Assembly: GCA_002713205.1 (NCBI GenBank)
Contig: PAVW01000017.1
Coordinates: 22,581 to 54,580, forward strand
From: Nitrososphaerota archaeon
Lineage (GTDB): Archaea > Thermoproteota > Nitrososphaeria > Nitrososphaerales > UBA57
DNA length: 32,000 bases
Direction of reading: 5' to 3'
The position numbers were made by a program, and so were the translations under genes. This document shows positions 15,099-23,924 of this stretch, piece after piece. Below the pieces are notes generated by a model. The model worked only from the letters and a program-made list of their open reading frames with translations. It was not told where the DNA came from and did not search any database. Numbering within the stretch: the stretch's first letter is position 1; every line of letters begins with the position of its first letter.

Positions 15099-15434
15099 TT
15101 AAATATCTTTTACAAAATGGGTCGTGCCCATGAATCCAATCGGTTTATCTCCATCTTTTAATGATTTAACATTTAATCTTGCGATGAAATGTGAACCGTC
15201 TTTCCTTACTAATTCTACTTCATCTTCCCACACACCCTTTTCTATAGCTGTCTGTAGAAGAACTGGAACTAGTGTTTTGACATTTTCTTCAGTATGGAAC
15301 ATTCCAACATTTCCCTTTCCAATCACTTCATCTTTTGTATAGCCAAATAACTCTTCAGCTCCCTTACCAAAGGCAGTTATTGACCCTGTCATATCGCATG
15401 CTATGCCTGATATTGGTATATTTTCTTCACTCAT
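15099..15434 (-). CDS. Stand-alone PAS domain protein
   Basis: 111 aa. ITAFGKGAEELFGYTKDEVIGKGNVGMFH ... ELVRKDGSHFIARLNV is a typical PAS core. There is no output domain. Confidence 0.75.
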   Translation of the reverse strand: MSEENIPISGIACDMTGSITAFGKGAEELFGYTKDEVIGKGNVGMFHTEENVKTLVPVLLQTAIEKGVWEDEVELVRKDGSHFIARLNVKSLKDGDKPIGFMGTTHFVKDI

Positions 15435-15516
15435 TAATTACCACTAATCTATGGTAATGTATTGGCAATAAATAAATTTTATTATTTGAGTGTTATACAT
15501 CTGAATAGTAATAATC

Positions 15517-16686
15517 ATGTTCTTGGAAAACCTGCTTAATTCTCTCTTTTTACGCCAACTTTTGTTATTAGGATGGTTTTTAGTTTTTTTTTCTCGATTA
15601 TTTACAGAATTCAAACTGAATTCTATTGGAATGCCAAATTCAAATATTTCTGAAGACTCGCCATCTGTTTCTGTAATAGTTCCTGCACGGAATGAAGAAA
15701 ACAATTTAGGAAAATGCCTATTTTCATTACAGCAACAAGATTATCCTAATCTTGAATTTATTATTGTTGATGATTGTTCGATAGATAAAACTCGTAATAT
15801 AATAAAAAAATATGTAAAAAATGATTCACGATTCAAGATTGTTGAGTTAGATGACCAAGAACCAAATTGGGTAGGAAAGAATTGGGCATGTTATAACGGT
15901 TATCTACTTTCAACAGGAAAGTATTTGCTTTTTACAGATGCAGATACAGAACATTCAACAAACTCAATCTCAACTTCAATTTCATATCTCCGTAAAAATG
16001 AACTTGACGTGTTGACTTTATTTCCAAAACTAATCTGCCAAGATTTCTGGAGTAAAGTGATAATGCCGTTTTTAATTTCTATGATATACATAGTTTATTC
16101 ACCTATTCGTTTAAATTCCAAAAAAGATCCAATTGCATATTTGATTGGTGGATTTATACTCATCAAACGCACTGTTTATGAACAAATTGGTGGACATAAA
16201 ACAGTTAAACATTCATTTGTTGAAGATAAAGCATTAGGGGAGATCCTTAAGACATCTGGTTTTAATATAAAAATTCTTGAAGCTAAAAATAATCTTAAGT
16301 CTTTTTCTAGAATTGGTTTTAAGCATAATTTTAATGCCATGCAACGTGCACTGTCAGGATCTATAGTTGCGCCAAATATTTTAATTGCTTTTCCTGTAAT
16401 TATTTTTGGTTTTATTACCCTTATTATTCCTTATTGTTTATTTTTTTATGATCTTTATGGGTCTTATTCTTTAAATTTAATTTTTAGTTCATTAATTTTA
16501 TTTTTTATATTATTGTCATATTTTTTAGAATTTAAAAATATTTTACACACCAACAAAATATTTGTTTTTTTCCATCCATTATCTGCGTTAATTCAACTTT
16601 TTGCTCTATTTTATTGTACTGTTAAGGTTGCTTTAGGTTATGATTTTATTTGGCGTGACAGGAAATATAAAAAATTTAAAATGTAG
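15517..16686 (+). CDS. Family 2 glycosyltransferase with N- and C-terminal membrane segments
   Basis: VSVIVPARNEENNLGKCLFSLQQQDYPNLEFIIVDDCSIDKT and FTDADT (DxD) are GT2 hallmarks. The C-terminal third is hydrophobic. Confidence 0.85.
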   Translation: MFLENLLNSLFLRQLLLLGWFLVFFSRLFTEFKLNSIGMPNSNISEDSPSVSVIVPARNEENNLGKCLFSLQQQDYPNLEFIIVDDCSIDKTRNIIKKYVKNDSRFKIVELDDQEPNWVGKNWACYNGYLLSTGKYLLFTDADTEHSTNSISTSISYLRKNELDVLTLFPKLICQDFWSKVIMPFLISMIYIVYSPIRLNSKKDPIAYLIGGFILIKRTVYEQIGGHKTVKHSFVEDKALGEILKTSGFNIKILEAKNNLKSFSRIGFKHNFNAMQRALSGSIVAPNILIAFPVIIFGFITLIIPYCLFFYDLYGSYSLNLIFSSLILFFILLSYFLEFKNILHTNKIFVFFHPLSALIQLFALFYCTVKVALGYDFIWRDRKYKKFKM

Positions 16687-17326
16687 TTCTACGTTTTTGC
16701 AATCCAAAAAATGGTTTTAGATATAGGCCAAATGCTATTCCTACTAACATTCCAGCTATATGTGCTCCATGTGCTATACCATCAGGTTGCGCAAATCCTG
16801 TAATATCTACTACTGCATAAATTCCAGCAAGAACAATCATCGGCACTGGTAATATTCCCCAGATATAAACTGACATGAAAGGAGCTAATACTGTTAAAGT
16901 ACCTAATAGGCCATACACTGCGCCAGATGCTCCAATTGCAGGTATATTGTTTGCTGAAATGGACGCAGTTATCAAATAACCAATACTGCCTATTATTCCA
17001 GCACTTAAGTAAATGGTGATAAATCTATATTTTCCCAGTAATCTTTCAAGAAAAGTTCCAAAGAAAAATAACGCAATCATATTGGAAAATAGATGATCAA
17101 AGTTTGCATGCAGAAACATGGAAGTGATCCATCGAAATGCCCATAGCGGATTCATTGCATCTTTTGGGAAAAATGCAAAATATATCCAAATCTCAGGTCC
17201 TACTATTAGTTGTATTAAAAACGTTATAATTGATAGTCCGATAAATATTAAACTCCATTTTGGTCCATTAGTTGAGCGTTCATTATTGCCCCGAATTTTA
17301 TACATTATTACAATAAATAAATTCAA
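16676..17326 (-). CDS. Rhomboid-family intramembrane serine protease
   Basis: It has HANFDHLFSNM (HxxxN), GASGAVYGLLG (GxSG catalytic Ser) and the late AHGAHIAG His motif. Its 3' end overlaps the GT2 gene convergently by 11 nt. Confidence 0.85.
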   Translation of the reverse strand: MNLFIVIMYKIRGNNERSTNGPKWSLIFIGLSIITFLIQLIVGPEIWIYFAFFPKDAMNPLWAFRWITSMFLHANFDHLFSNMIALFFFGTFLERLLGKYRFITIYLSAGIIGSIGYLITASISANNIPAIGASGAVYGLLGTLTVLAPFMSVYIWGILPVPMIVLAGIYAVVDITGFAQPDGIAHGAHIAGMLVGIAFGLYLKPFFGLQKRRTTF

Positions 17327-17395
17327 AGTATTAAAAAATAATCTGATAATTAAAATCGTACAAAATAAAAATGATTATATTAATTTTATATATAT

Positions 17396-18280
17396 ATGGA
17401 TAAATCTACATTACTTCGAAAAACTCTAAAACAAGAAAAAACAGTTCTAGTTCCTGGCATTTATGATGCCTTAAGTGCCAAGATTGCGGAGAGAGTTGGT
17501 TTTAATATTCTATTTCATACGGGTTATGGTACTGCTGCAACTTTACTTGGCGTTCCAGATATTGGTCTTGTTAGTTTTTCTGAAATGAAAGAACGAGTTT
17601 CTAACATTTGTAATGCAGTTGATGTTCCGGTTATTGCCGATGCAGATACGGGTTATGGAAATTCGTTGAATACAATGAGAACTGTAAAGGATTATATTAA
17701 ATCTGGTGCCGCTGGATTGATACTTGAAGATCAAGTTTGGCCAAAAAAATGTGGCCATATGCAAAATAAAGATGTAATTTCTATTGAAGAAATGGAAGGT
17801 AAAATCAAGGCTGCAGTAAAGTCTCGTACCATTGAACATTCTGACCTTGTAATTGTTGGTCGAACAGATAGTTTGGCAGTAGAGGGTTTGGATAATGCCA
17901 TTGCACGTGTAAAAACATATCAAAAAGCTGGCGCAGATATTTTATTCATTGAAGCACCAAACCAAATAGATGACTTGAAAGAAATTAATTCTAAGATTGA
18001 AATGCCTTTGTTATTGAATCAAATTGAAGGAGGACAAACTCCAATAATCTCTTTGGAAGATGCACAACGCTTAGGATTTAAAATTATTTTATTTCCACTT
18101 ACTTCTTTATATGCCTCCACTAAAGCTATTTTTGACACATTTACCAGTCTTATGAACAAACAAACTTCTACTGGTTTAGAAAATAAATTAATTACTTTTG
18201 ATTTGTTTAACGAACTTGTTAATCATGATGAATTTATTAAATTAGAAAAAAACTTTTCTGCAAATAATATTAATAAATAA
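17396..18280 (+). CDS. Isocitrate lyase/PEP mutase superfamily enzyme (methylisocitrate lyase / carboxyvinyl-carboxyphosphonate phosphorylmutase-like)
   Basis: It has VIADADTGYGN, the ILEDQVWPKKCGHM (KxCGH lyase-type loop) and GRTDS motifs. Confidence 0.85.
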   Translation: MDKSTLLRKTLKQEKTVLVPGIYDALSAKIAERVGFNILFHTGYGTAATLLGVPDIGLVSFSEMKERVSNICNAVDVPVIADADTGYGNSLNTMRTVKDYIKSGAAGLILEDQVWPKKCGHMQNKDVISIEEMEGKIKAAVKSRTIEHSDLVIVGRTDSLAVEGLDNAIARVKTYQKAGADILFIEAPNQIDDLKEINSKIEMPLLLNQIEGGQTPIISLEDAQRLGFKIILFPLTSLYASTKAIFDTFTSLMNKQTSTGLENKLITFDLFNELVNHDEFIKLEKNFSANNINK

Positions 18281-18291
18281 CTAATTTAATT

Positions 18292-19446
18292 TTATGTAGT
18301 GTATTTTTCAATTTTCTCGTGACATTTTTTTATTGCATTATAATTATTTGCTCTCTTTCTGAATTCTTCTACATTGGAGATATAGTTGTTATCTGAAAAA
18401 ATATTATTAATTGCGACTAGAATTTTTTTTTCCAGGTTATTTTCATTAATGTAAATTCCCAATCCTAATTCTTCTATTCTTTTTGCATTATGCAGTTGTT
18501 CGGTTTGATTTATTATAGGAATGCTTATTATGGGTTTTCCAATAGTTAATGCTTTTGATATTGTAGAATGACCGCCTCTAGTGATTATACAATCCGCTAC
18601 TTGAAATATTTCTTGATATGGACACCAATCAAATAAAATTACATTGTTTGATTTTTTTGGCTGAGTATTTCCTCCTGGTATTCCTTTTGAAATAATTAGA
18701 TTATATTTTAAATTGTTTGATTTTATTACATTCATGATTTTTTTATACACATTATTTCTGCTTGATTTTGGTCCACTAATTTGGATATAAAGAATTGGAT
18801 TATTATTATTGATTTTTAAAATATTTTTTATTTGTTCTTGATTGTTAACTTTTGGAACATTTGATAAAAACCCAATATATTCAATTTTTTTACTTGTCGA
18901 ATAGATTTTATTGACATTTTCTAAACAAATAGAATACGGCGGTGGTAAATCAGGAATCAGAATTTCATTGGATAAATTCCATAAAATTCCTAACATTTCT
19001 CCATTTATACGTTCAATAATTCTGATTCTTCTTTCTTTAATTGATAGGATTAACCGTATTTGGTTCAGAATAGTGATAGAAGGAATTCCACACATTTTTG
19101 CAGCAATAATTGGAGATAATCTTGAATCACTAAATATTAAGTTGGGTTTATTTTTTCTAATATTATTCCGTTCGTTATTTATATGTTTGATAAATATTGA
19201 AAATGATTTTGGTAAATTAATTAATGTATTGAAATTAGACACGCCACCTTTGGTAGACCACGAAACATCTAATGGTGCTACATTATGACATTCTAATCCT
19301 TGTTCTTTCAGATAAATCGAACCTTCCCCAAAAGAACTAAAATAATATGTATGATTTTTTGATAGTGTTTTAGCTATTTCAGATGTTCTTATTGCATGTC
19401 CTAAACCTGATCCAAAAGTTGGAAAATATATTTTCTTATTTTTCAA
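18292..19446 (-). CDS. GT1/GT28-type glycosyltransferase (MGT/MurG-like UDP-sugar transferase)
   Basis: It has an N-terminal FGSGLGHAIRT and a C-terminal nucleotide-sugar binding block ITRGGHSTISKALTIGKPIISIP...EQ. Confidence 0.75.
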   Translation of the reverse strand: MKNKKIYFPTFGSGLGHAIRTSEIAKTLSKNHTYYFSSFGEGSIYLKEQGLECHNVAPLDVSWSTKGGVSNFNTLINLPKSFSIFIKHINNERNNIRKNKPNLIFSDSRLSPIIAAKMCGIPSITILNQIRLILSIKERRIRIIERINGEMLGILWNLSNEILIPDLPPPYSICLENVNKIYSTSKKIEYIGFLSNVPKVNNQEQIKNILKINNNNPILYIQISGPKSSRNNVYKKIMNVIKSNNLKYNLIISKGIPGGNTQPKKSNNVILFDWCPYQEIFQVADCIITRGGHSTISKALTIGKPIISIPIINQTEQLHNAKRIEELGLGIYINENNLEKKILVAINNIFSDNNYISNVEEFRKRANNYNAIKKCHEKIEKYTT

Positions 19447-19474
19447 TTAAATCACTTTCCATTAATTATAGTAA

Positions 19475-20749
19475 TTATAGAGATTCTCTTGATTGATGAA
19501 CAATATTGCCAATTCCTGGTTTTGCAATAATTTGACCATCATTGAAAACTAATTGCCCATTTACAAACGTTGACATTATTACTCCTTTAAATTTTTCACC
19601 ATCAAATGGTGAGTATTTAGCTTTGGAAAAAAACCTGCTTGCTTCTATTACTTTTACTCTTGTTGGATCTATAATTACCAAATCTGCTTTGTATCCTGGC
19701 ATTATCTTACCTATTCTTTTTAAATTGAATCTATTTATTGGATTTACTATTAATGTTTCACATATTCGTTTCAGTGAAATTATTTTTTTATCATGCAGAT
19801 CCATTAAAATAGGTATTGCAGTTTCGAGTCCTGGAAAACCAGGTTTTTTCAAATTTTTCTTTTCTACAATTGTGTGTGGCGCATGATCAGTAGAGATTAT
19901 ATCTATACTTCCATCAATAATTCCTTTTAAAATTGATTCTTTATCCTTTTTTTCTTTTAATTTTGGTTCACAGTATCCAAAATCATCTGAAACGTCATTT
20001 TTATCTAATAATGCGTGATGTGGTGTTGCCTCACAACTTATATCTAATTCATTTTTATGTTTTTTAATAATTTCTAAACCTTCATAAGTTGATATATGCG
20101 CAAAATGAATCTTACAATTTATCTGTTTTACTAAATCTATGATGTTATTTATTGCAAAAACTTCAGCTTTATTTGAACTAGTCGATTCTATATTATTAGA
20201 AAACGAATAGTCTTCTGCATGCACACATAATATCGAATTATTTTTCTTTATTTCTATCATGATCTCCATAATATTATTATTTGATAAATTTTGATTTTCA
20301 AATGGTTTATGTAAATATATTTTAAATCCAATAGCGCCTTCACTAATCAATTCTTTTATATCTTTACCATTTAATGGCGAACAATAAAATCCTATATTGC
20401 ATAGAATTGTATTCTTAGCTGTATATTTTCTATGAATGAGTTCTTTTACTGATGTTATTGGCGGTACAGTATTGGGCATATCTAATATTGTTGTAAATCC
20501 TCCTGCTACTGCAGCACTAGTACCTGTGAAAAAATTTTCTTTATATTCCAGTGTAGAATCCCTCATATGTGTGTGAACATCAATAAAACCCGGAAAAATT
20601 AAATTATTTTTTGCATTAAAAATTTTATCCGCATTTGGTAGTTTGTCCTCATGAGTTACTTTTATAATTTGTTCATTTTCAATTGCTATTCCGACTTTTT
20701 TTAATTCTAAACCATTCCAAACTTTTCCATTAATTATATTTGTTTTGAT
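19475..20749 (-). CDS. pyrC: Dihydroorotase. The N-terminal 61 codons, including the HxH metal site, lie upstream of the first ATG/GTG/TTG.
   Basis: - The track ORF (19475-20566) starts MRDSTLEYKENFFTGTSAAVAGGFTTILDMPNT.
- The same frame stays open up to 20749 and encodes IKTNIINGKVWNG...LIFPGFIDVHTH directly before that Met.
- TDHAPH lies downstream.
- Only ATC (20749), ATA (20737) and ATT (20734) are available as starts, so the exact 5' end is uncertain. Confidence 0.8.
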   Translation of the reverse strand: MKTNIINGKVWNGLELKKVGIAIENEQIIKVTHEDKLPNADKIFNAKNNLIFPGFIDVHTHMRDSTLEYKENFFTGTSAAVAGGFTTILDMPNTVPPITSVKELIHRKYTAKNTILCNIGFYCSPLNGKDIKELISEGAIGFKIYLHKPFENQNLSNNNIMEIMIEIKKNNSILCVHAEDYSFSNNIESTSSNKAEVFAINNIIDLVKQINCKIHFAHISTYEGLEIIKKHKNELDISCEATPHHALLDKNDVSDDFGYCEPKLKEKKDKESILKGIIDGSIDIISTDHAPHTIVEKKNLKKPGFPGLETAIPILMDLHDKKIISLKRICETLIVNPINRFNLKRIGKIMPGYKADLVIIDPTRVKVIEASRFFSKAKYSPFDGEKFKGVIMSTFVNGQLVFNDGQIIAKPGIGNIVHQSRESL

Positions 20750-22670
20750 TTATATCACCTTTTTCTTTCCTTATTATTTCAGCTCCTCCGGCTGGTAATG
20801 CTTTTATAAATTCATCAATTGATTTTGCTTGATAAATTTTTGCTGTTTGATTTTCTAACATTGAAATAATTTCTTGTTTTATTTTTTTTGCAATATCTGA
20901 TGCTTTAATTTTACCTGGTTTTAATACAACAAACGCTATGCAATTAGATTTTATAGCATCTAAAGGACCACTCATTAATGTATATCTATCTTGTATCTTT
21001 ATTACACCTACTGCAATTTCAAGCTTGATTTTTTTTATCATGTTTTTTTTCCCAATTATCATAAAACTACCTTTAGGTAAATACGTGCCACTTGTGGCTG
21101 ATTTTTTTACTTGATCTGGTTTTACCCAGTATACGCTTACTGGCGTCTGTGTTCGCCAAGCCCTACTAAATGATGCTGTAGCCCAAGCAACTTCAGAATA
21201 CGATAATGATTGGTCTTTGTTTTCTTCTCTCAAAATAAAAAATGGAGAACCTATTATATCTGCATGAAATATGGCATCATTTTCCTGTACGTGTTTTTGG
21301 ATTATTGCATTATTTGAATGCGCATCTCTTCCTCCTATCACTAATGTTTTTTGGGAAGTTAAGAACCATCTATATCGTTCAAACCATAATGGCTTATCTT
21401 TTACTTTTAGTTTGATTTCATCGACATTTTGTTGACTTGTTTTTTTCTTTAATTTATCTAATTGATTCTGGAGCTTCAATTCTGCTTTTTCTATCTTTTC
21501 TATTTTTTTTTCTATTTGTTTTGCCCGTGAATAAGTTATAGATGATAATTTTATTGCAGTTGTTTTAATTGGCATTGATAATTTCGGATCAATTATGGGT
21601 ACGCTAAAAAAACCTTCTTTCGGTGAAATAATCTCAATTTTTCTCTTTGAAAACACGGTTTTAATTTTTGTCGAATTCCCTAAATCTTCTGCTATTTGTC
21701 TTAATAATTCAGCTTTCTTTTTTTGTTCATTCTTTGCATTGCCTTGTAATTTTATTGTTTGTTCTAGTTTCATAATTTTATTGTTAAGTGGTTCTTGACC
21801 TATTTTTTGTTCTTTTTTTAATAATTCTGGTGTGATGTTTTTATCTAACGCCTGTATTATTGAATCAATTTTTTTGCATTCTTGTTGTTCATTAGCATGT
21901 AATTTTATAATTGATATATCAGATATGTTATTTTTTTCATAATAAACCCATACATTCATGTTGTTTGAATTTCCTATTTTTATAAACGATTTGAGTTCTT
22001 TGTATAAAGAATCTATTTGCTTTTGTGATAATGATGAACATAATATATCGTTATTTATATTTGATAAATGTAATATTTCTTCCACATACTTCTTTGAGAT
22101 TGAATAATTACGACCTATCCATTTAGCAATTTCAATGTTACTTTGTGGTATTTGAAGGATATCTTCATACTGTAAATTTAAAATATTTTTTCTATGTTCT
22201 GGCGGCAATTTATATTTCCCACCTGGTATTATATTTCTATGTCTTACATTTAATTGGTTTAAACAAGATAGAATTTTATTGTTTTGATCTACTACTACTA
22301 AATTTCCCTCTCTGAAAAATTCACATATTAATTTTCTTATTCCTTTTTTTGTTTCAAACGTAATAATACAGATCCGTTCTCCGTTGGGTTGTTCTAATTT
22401 TACTATTTTTCCCCTGGTTAGATTTTTTCTTAATGACTGTACATAACCTTCTGCAGTTTTGTTCTTTAAATCAAATTCAGACGTCCAAATACCAATTTTT
22501 GGATTTACTATTAAAAATTTTTTATCTTTTAATGAATGATTAAATTTAAAGAGAAATGAATTATTGAAAACCTGATAAGTATTATTTAGATAATATTTTC
22601 CTGTTTCCTCGTTAAATTCATTATTTAAACAAGTTATTATTTTTGACAATTCTAATGACGATAATTCCAC
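20730..22670 (-). CDS. NFACT-family protein (fibronectin-binding protein A N-terminal / Rqc2 homolog with DUF814/NFACT-R)
   Basis: 646 aa. It has an NFACT-N-like N-terminus, a long Lys/Glu coiled-coil middle, and then WFERYRWFLTSQKTLVIGGRDAHSNNAI...FHADIIGSPF, the NFACT-R/DUF814 signature. Confidence 0.85.
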   Translation of the reverse strand: MELSSLELSKIITCLNNEFNEETGKYYLNNTYQVFNNSFLFKFNHSLKDKKFLIVNPKIGIWTSEFDLKNKTAEGYVQSLRKNLTRGKIVKLEQPNGERICIITFETKKGIRKLICEFFREGNLVVVDQNNKILSCLNQLNVRHRNIIPGGKYKLPPEHRKNILNLQYEDILQIPQSNIEIAKWIGRNYSISKKYVEEILHLSNINNDILCSSLSQKQIDSLYKELKSFIKIGNSNNMNVWVYYEKNNISDISIIKLHANEQQECKKIDSIIQALDKNITPELLKKEQKIGQEPLNNKIMKLEQTIKLQGNAKNEQKKKAELLRQIAEDLGNSTKIKTVFSKRKIEIISPKEGFFSVPIIDPKLSMPIKTTAIKLSSITYSRAKQIEKKIEKIEKAELKLQNQLDKLKKKTSQQNVDEIKLKVKDKPLWFERYRWFLTSQKTLVIGGRDAHSNNAIIQKHVQENDAIFHADIIGSPFFILREENKDQSLSYSEVAWATASFSRAWRTQTPVSVYWVKPDQVKKSATSGTYLPKGSFMIIGKKNMIKKIKLEIAVGVIKIQDRYTLMSGPLDAIKSNCIAFVVLKPGKIKASDIAKKIKQEIISMLENQTAKIYQAKSIDEFIKALPAGGAEIIRKEKGDINQNKYN

Positions 22671-22735
22671 AATCTATTCCCAAATTATCTAATGTCATTT
22701 ATTTATTAAAACCATAGTAGTTTAGATAACTTTTA

Positions 22736-23236
22736 TCAGGAGTATATTGAAGATATGTATGGATATTTCCTATCTAAAATTTTTTGTAATTCGATTCTTA
22801 GTCGAGAATCTATGTCTTTTTCGTTTTTCCTAATTTCCTTTATATCTGGCGATGAATAATTTACTGGCCCTTGTAGCATAACAGGTGTTTTAATATTCTT
22901 GTATGCTGAAGGTTTTTGTTTCAAAATTTTATTTATCAAGTTATTTGATTCAGATTGATTATTAATTAAATTATCAATTAGCTTAGGATTTACAGGTCTC
23001 AATCCAAAATCAATCTGTTTTGATTCTTTCAAATCAAAAGATATTCTTCGTTTAACACCTAACCCAATAGATTTGAATGGATTTATTATTTGTTCTTTGA
23101 TTATGTACAAATTATCTTCATTGATAAATATGCTATCTAAATGTCCTTTATTATTTGACATATATGCCTGCCATCCATTTGGATTCTTATTGTAATCTTT
23201 TTCAATTTTTGCTCGTATTTTATCTGATGAAATCAT
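22736..23236 (-). CDS. Hypothetical protein
   Basis: 166-aa ORF with no competing frame. I recognise no motif. Confidence 0.45.
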   Translation of the reverse strand: MISSDKIRAKIEKDYNKNPNGWQAYMSNNKGHLDSIFINEDNLYIIKEQIINPFKSIGLGVKRRISFDLKESKQIDFGLRPVNPKLIDNLINNQSESNNLINKILKQKPSAYKNIKTPVMLQGPVNYSSPDIKEIRKNEKDIDSRLRIELQKILDRKYPYISSIYS

Positions 23237-23306
23237 TTTGCCTTGTTAAATATCTAGTAATTGAATAGTTTTTATATTTTCTTGATTTTCACTATAATGA
23301 TATCTC

Positions 23307-23615
23307 TTGAAAAATACTACAAGTTCTAAATCTGTATTTAATTCGATTTTCTGGCTTAGAGCATTATTGGGGTTATCCACAGGAACTTTTTCAGGTATAT
23401 TGGGTTTTACATCAGCTAGCGAATCTGCTGATCTAGGATTATTCTTTGCTCTTACAATGTACCTATTTTCAATTGCACTTGTTAGAAATTTCTATTCTAA
23501 TAAAATCAATACAGATGAACGCTGGAAATTATTCACTACTGGAATTGGAACTTTTATTGGTTTGTTCTTCTTTTCCTGGATTCTCTATGATACGCTTTTC
23601 GTTGTCAATCTCTAA
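23307..23615 (+). CDS. Small two-TM membrane protein resembling the EMC6 / Rab5-interacting-protein family
   Basis: 102 aa with a TTG start. STGTFSGILGFTS resembles the EMC6 SGATAGILGLTG motif. RWKLFTTGIGTFIGLFFFSWILY resembles the EMC6 [24 protein letters not shown] motif. Confidence 0.55.
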   Translation: MKNTTSSKSVFNSIFWLRALLGLSTGTFSGILGFTSASESADLGLFFALTMYLFSIALVRNFYSNKINTDERWKLFTTGIGTFIGLFFFSWILYDTLFVVNL

Positions 23616-23921
23616 TTTGTCTAAACTTAATTTCACGAAAATTTTCCACACTGAAAAATATCCTTTTTCAAAATCATCTACTAACGGAGCAGAAAGTTTT
23701 TCTTTTATACTTTTATTTATTAGTTTTAAATATTCTGATGATTCCTTATTCATAGAATTTTTTCCAGAATGTTTTGAAATTATTCCTTCTAAAGCAAATT
23801 TTATTCCTATTGTTTTCTCATTTGAATGGTTGACAAATTTCTCTGCTATAATCAGCTTTGCATTAGAAAAATCCTTTTCTAAAATACTGTCAATACAATT
23901 CTTTATATTTTCTTTTGACAA
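23529..23921 (-). CDS. Hypothetical helical protein, co-oriented 3 nt downstream of the RadA paralog
   Basis: 130-aa ORF. The last approximately 29 codons (a low-complexity tail) overlap the 3' end of the EMC6-like gene convergently by 87 nt, so the true C-terminus is uncertain. Confidence 0.4.
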   Translation of the reverse strand: MSKENIKNCIDSILEKDFSNAKLIIAEKFVNHSNEKTIGIKFALEGIISKHSGKNSMNKESSEYLKLINKSIKEKLSAPLVDDFEKGYFSVWKIFVKLSLDKLEIDNEKRIIENPGKEEQTNKSSNSSSE

Positions 23922-23924
23922 TTA

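Noticed and set aside
15444-15704. 86-aa minus-strand ORF in the PAS/GT2 divergent region
   Set aside because: It mostly overlaps the 5' end of the GT2 gene in antisense. Its sequence is low-complexity, and the region is better explained as a divergent promoter plus the GT2 N-terminal TM segment.
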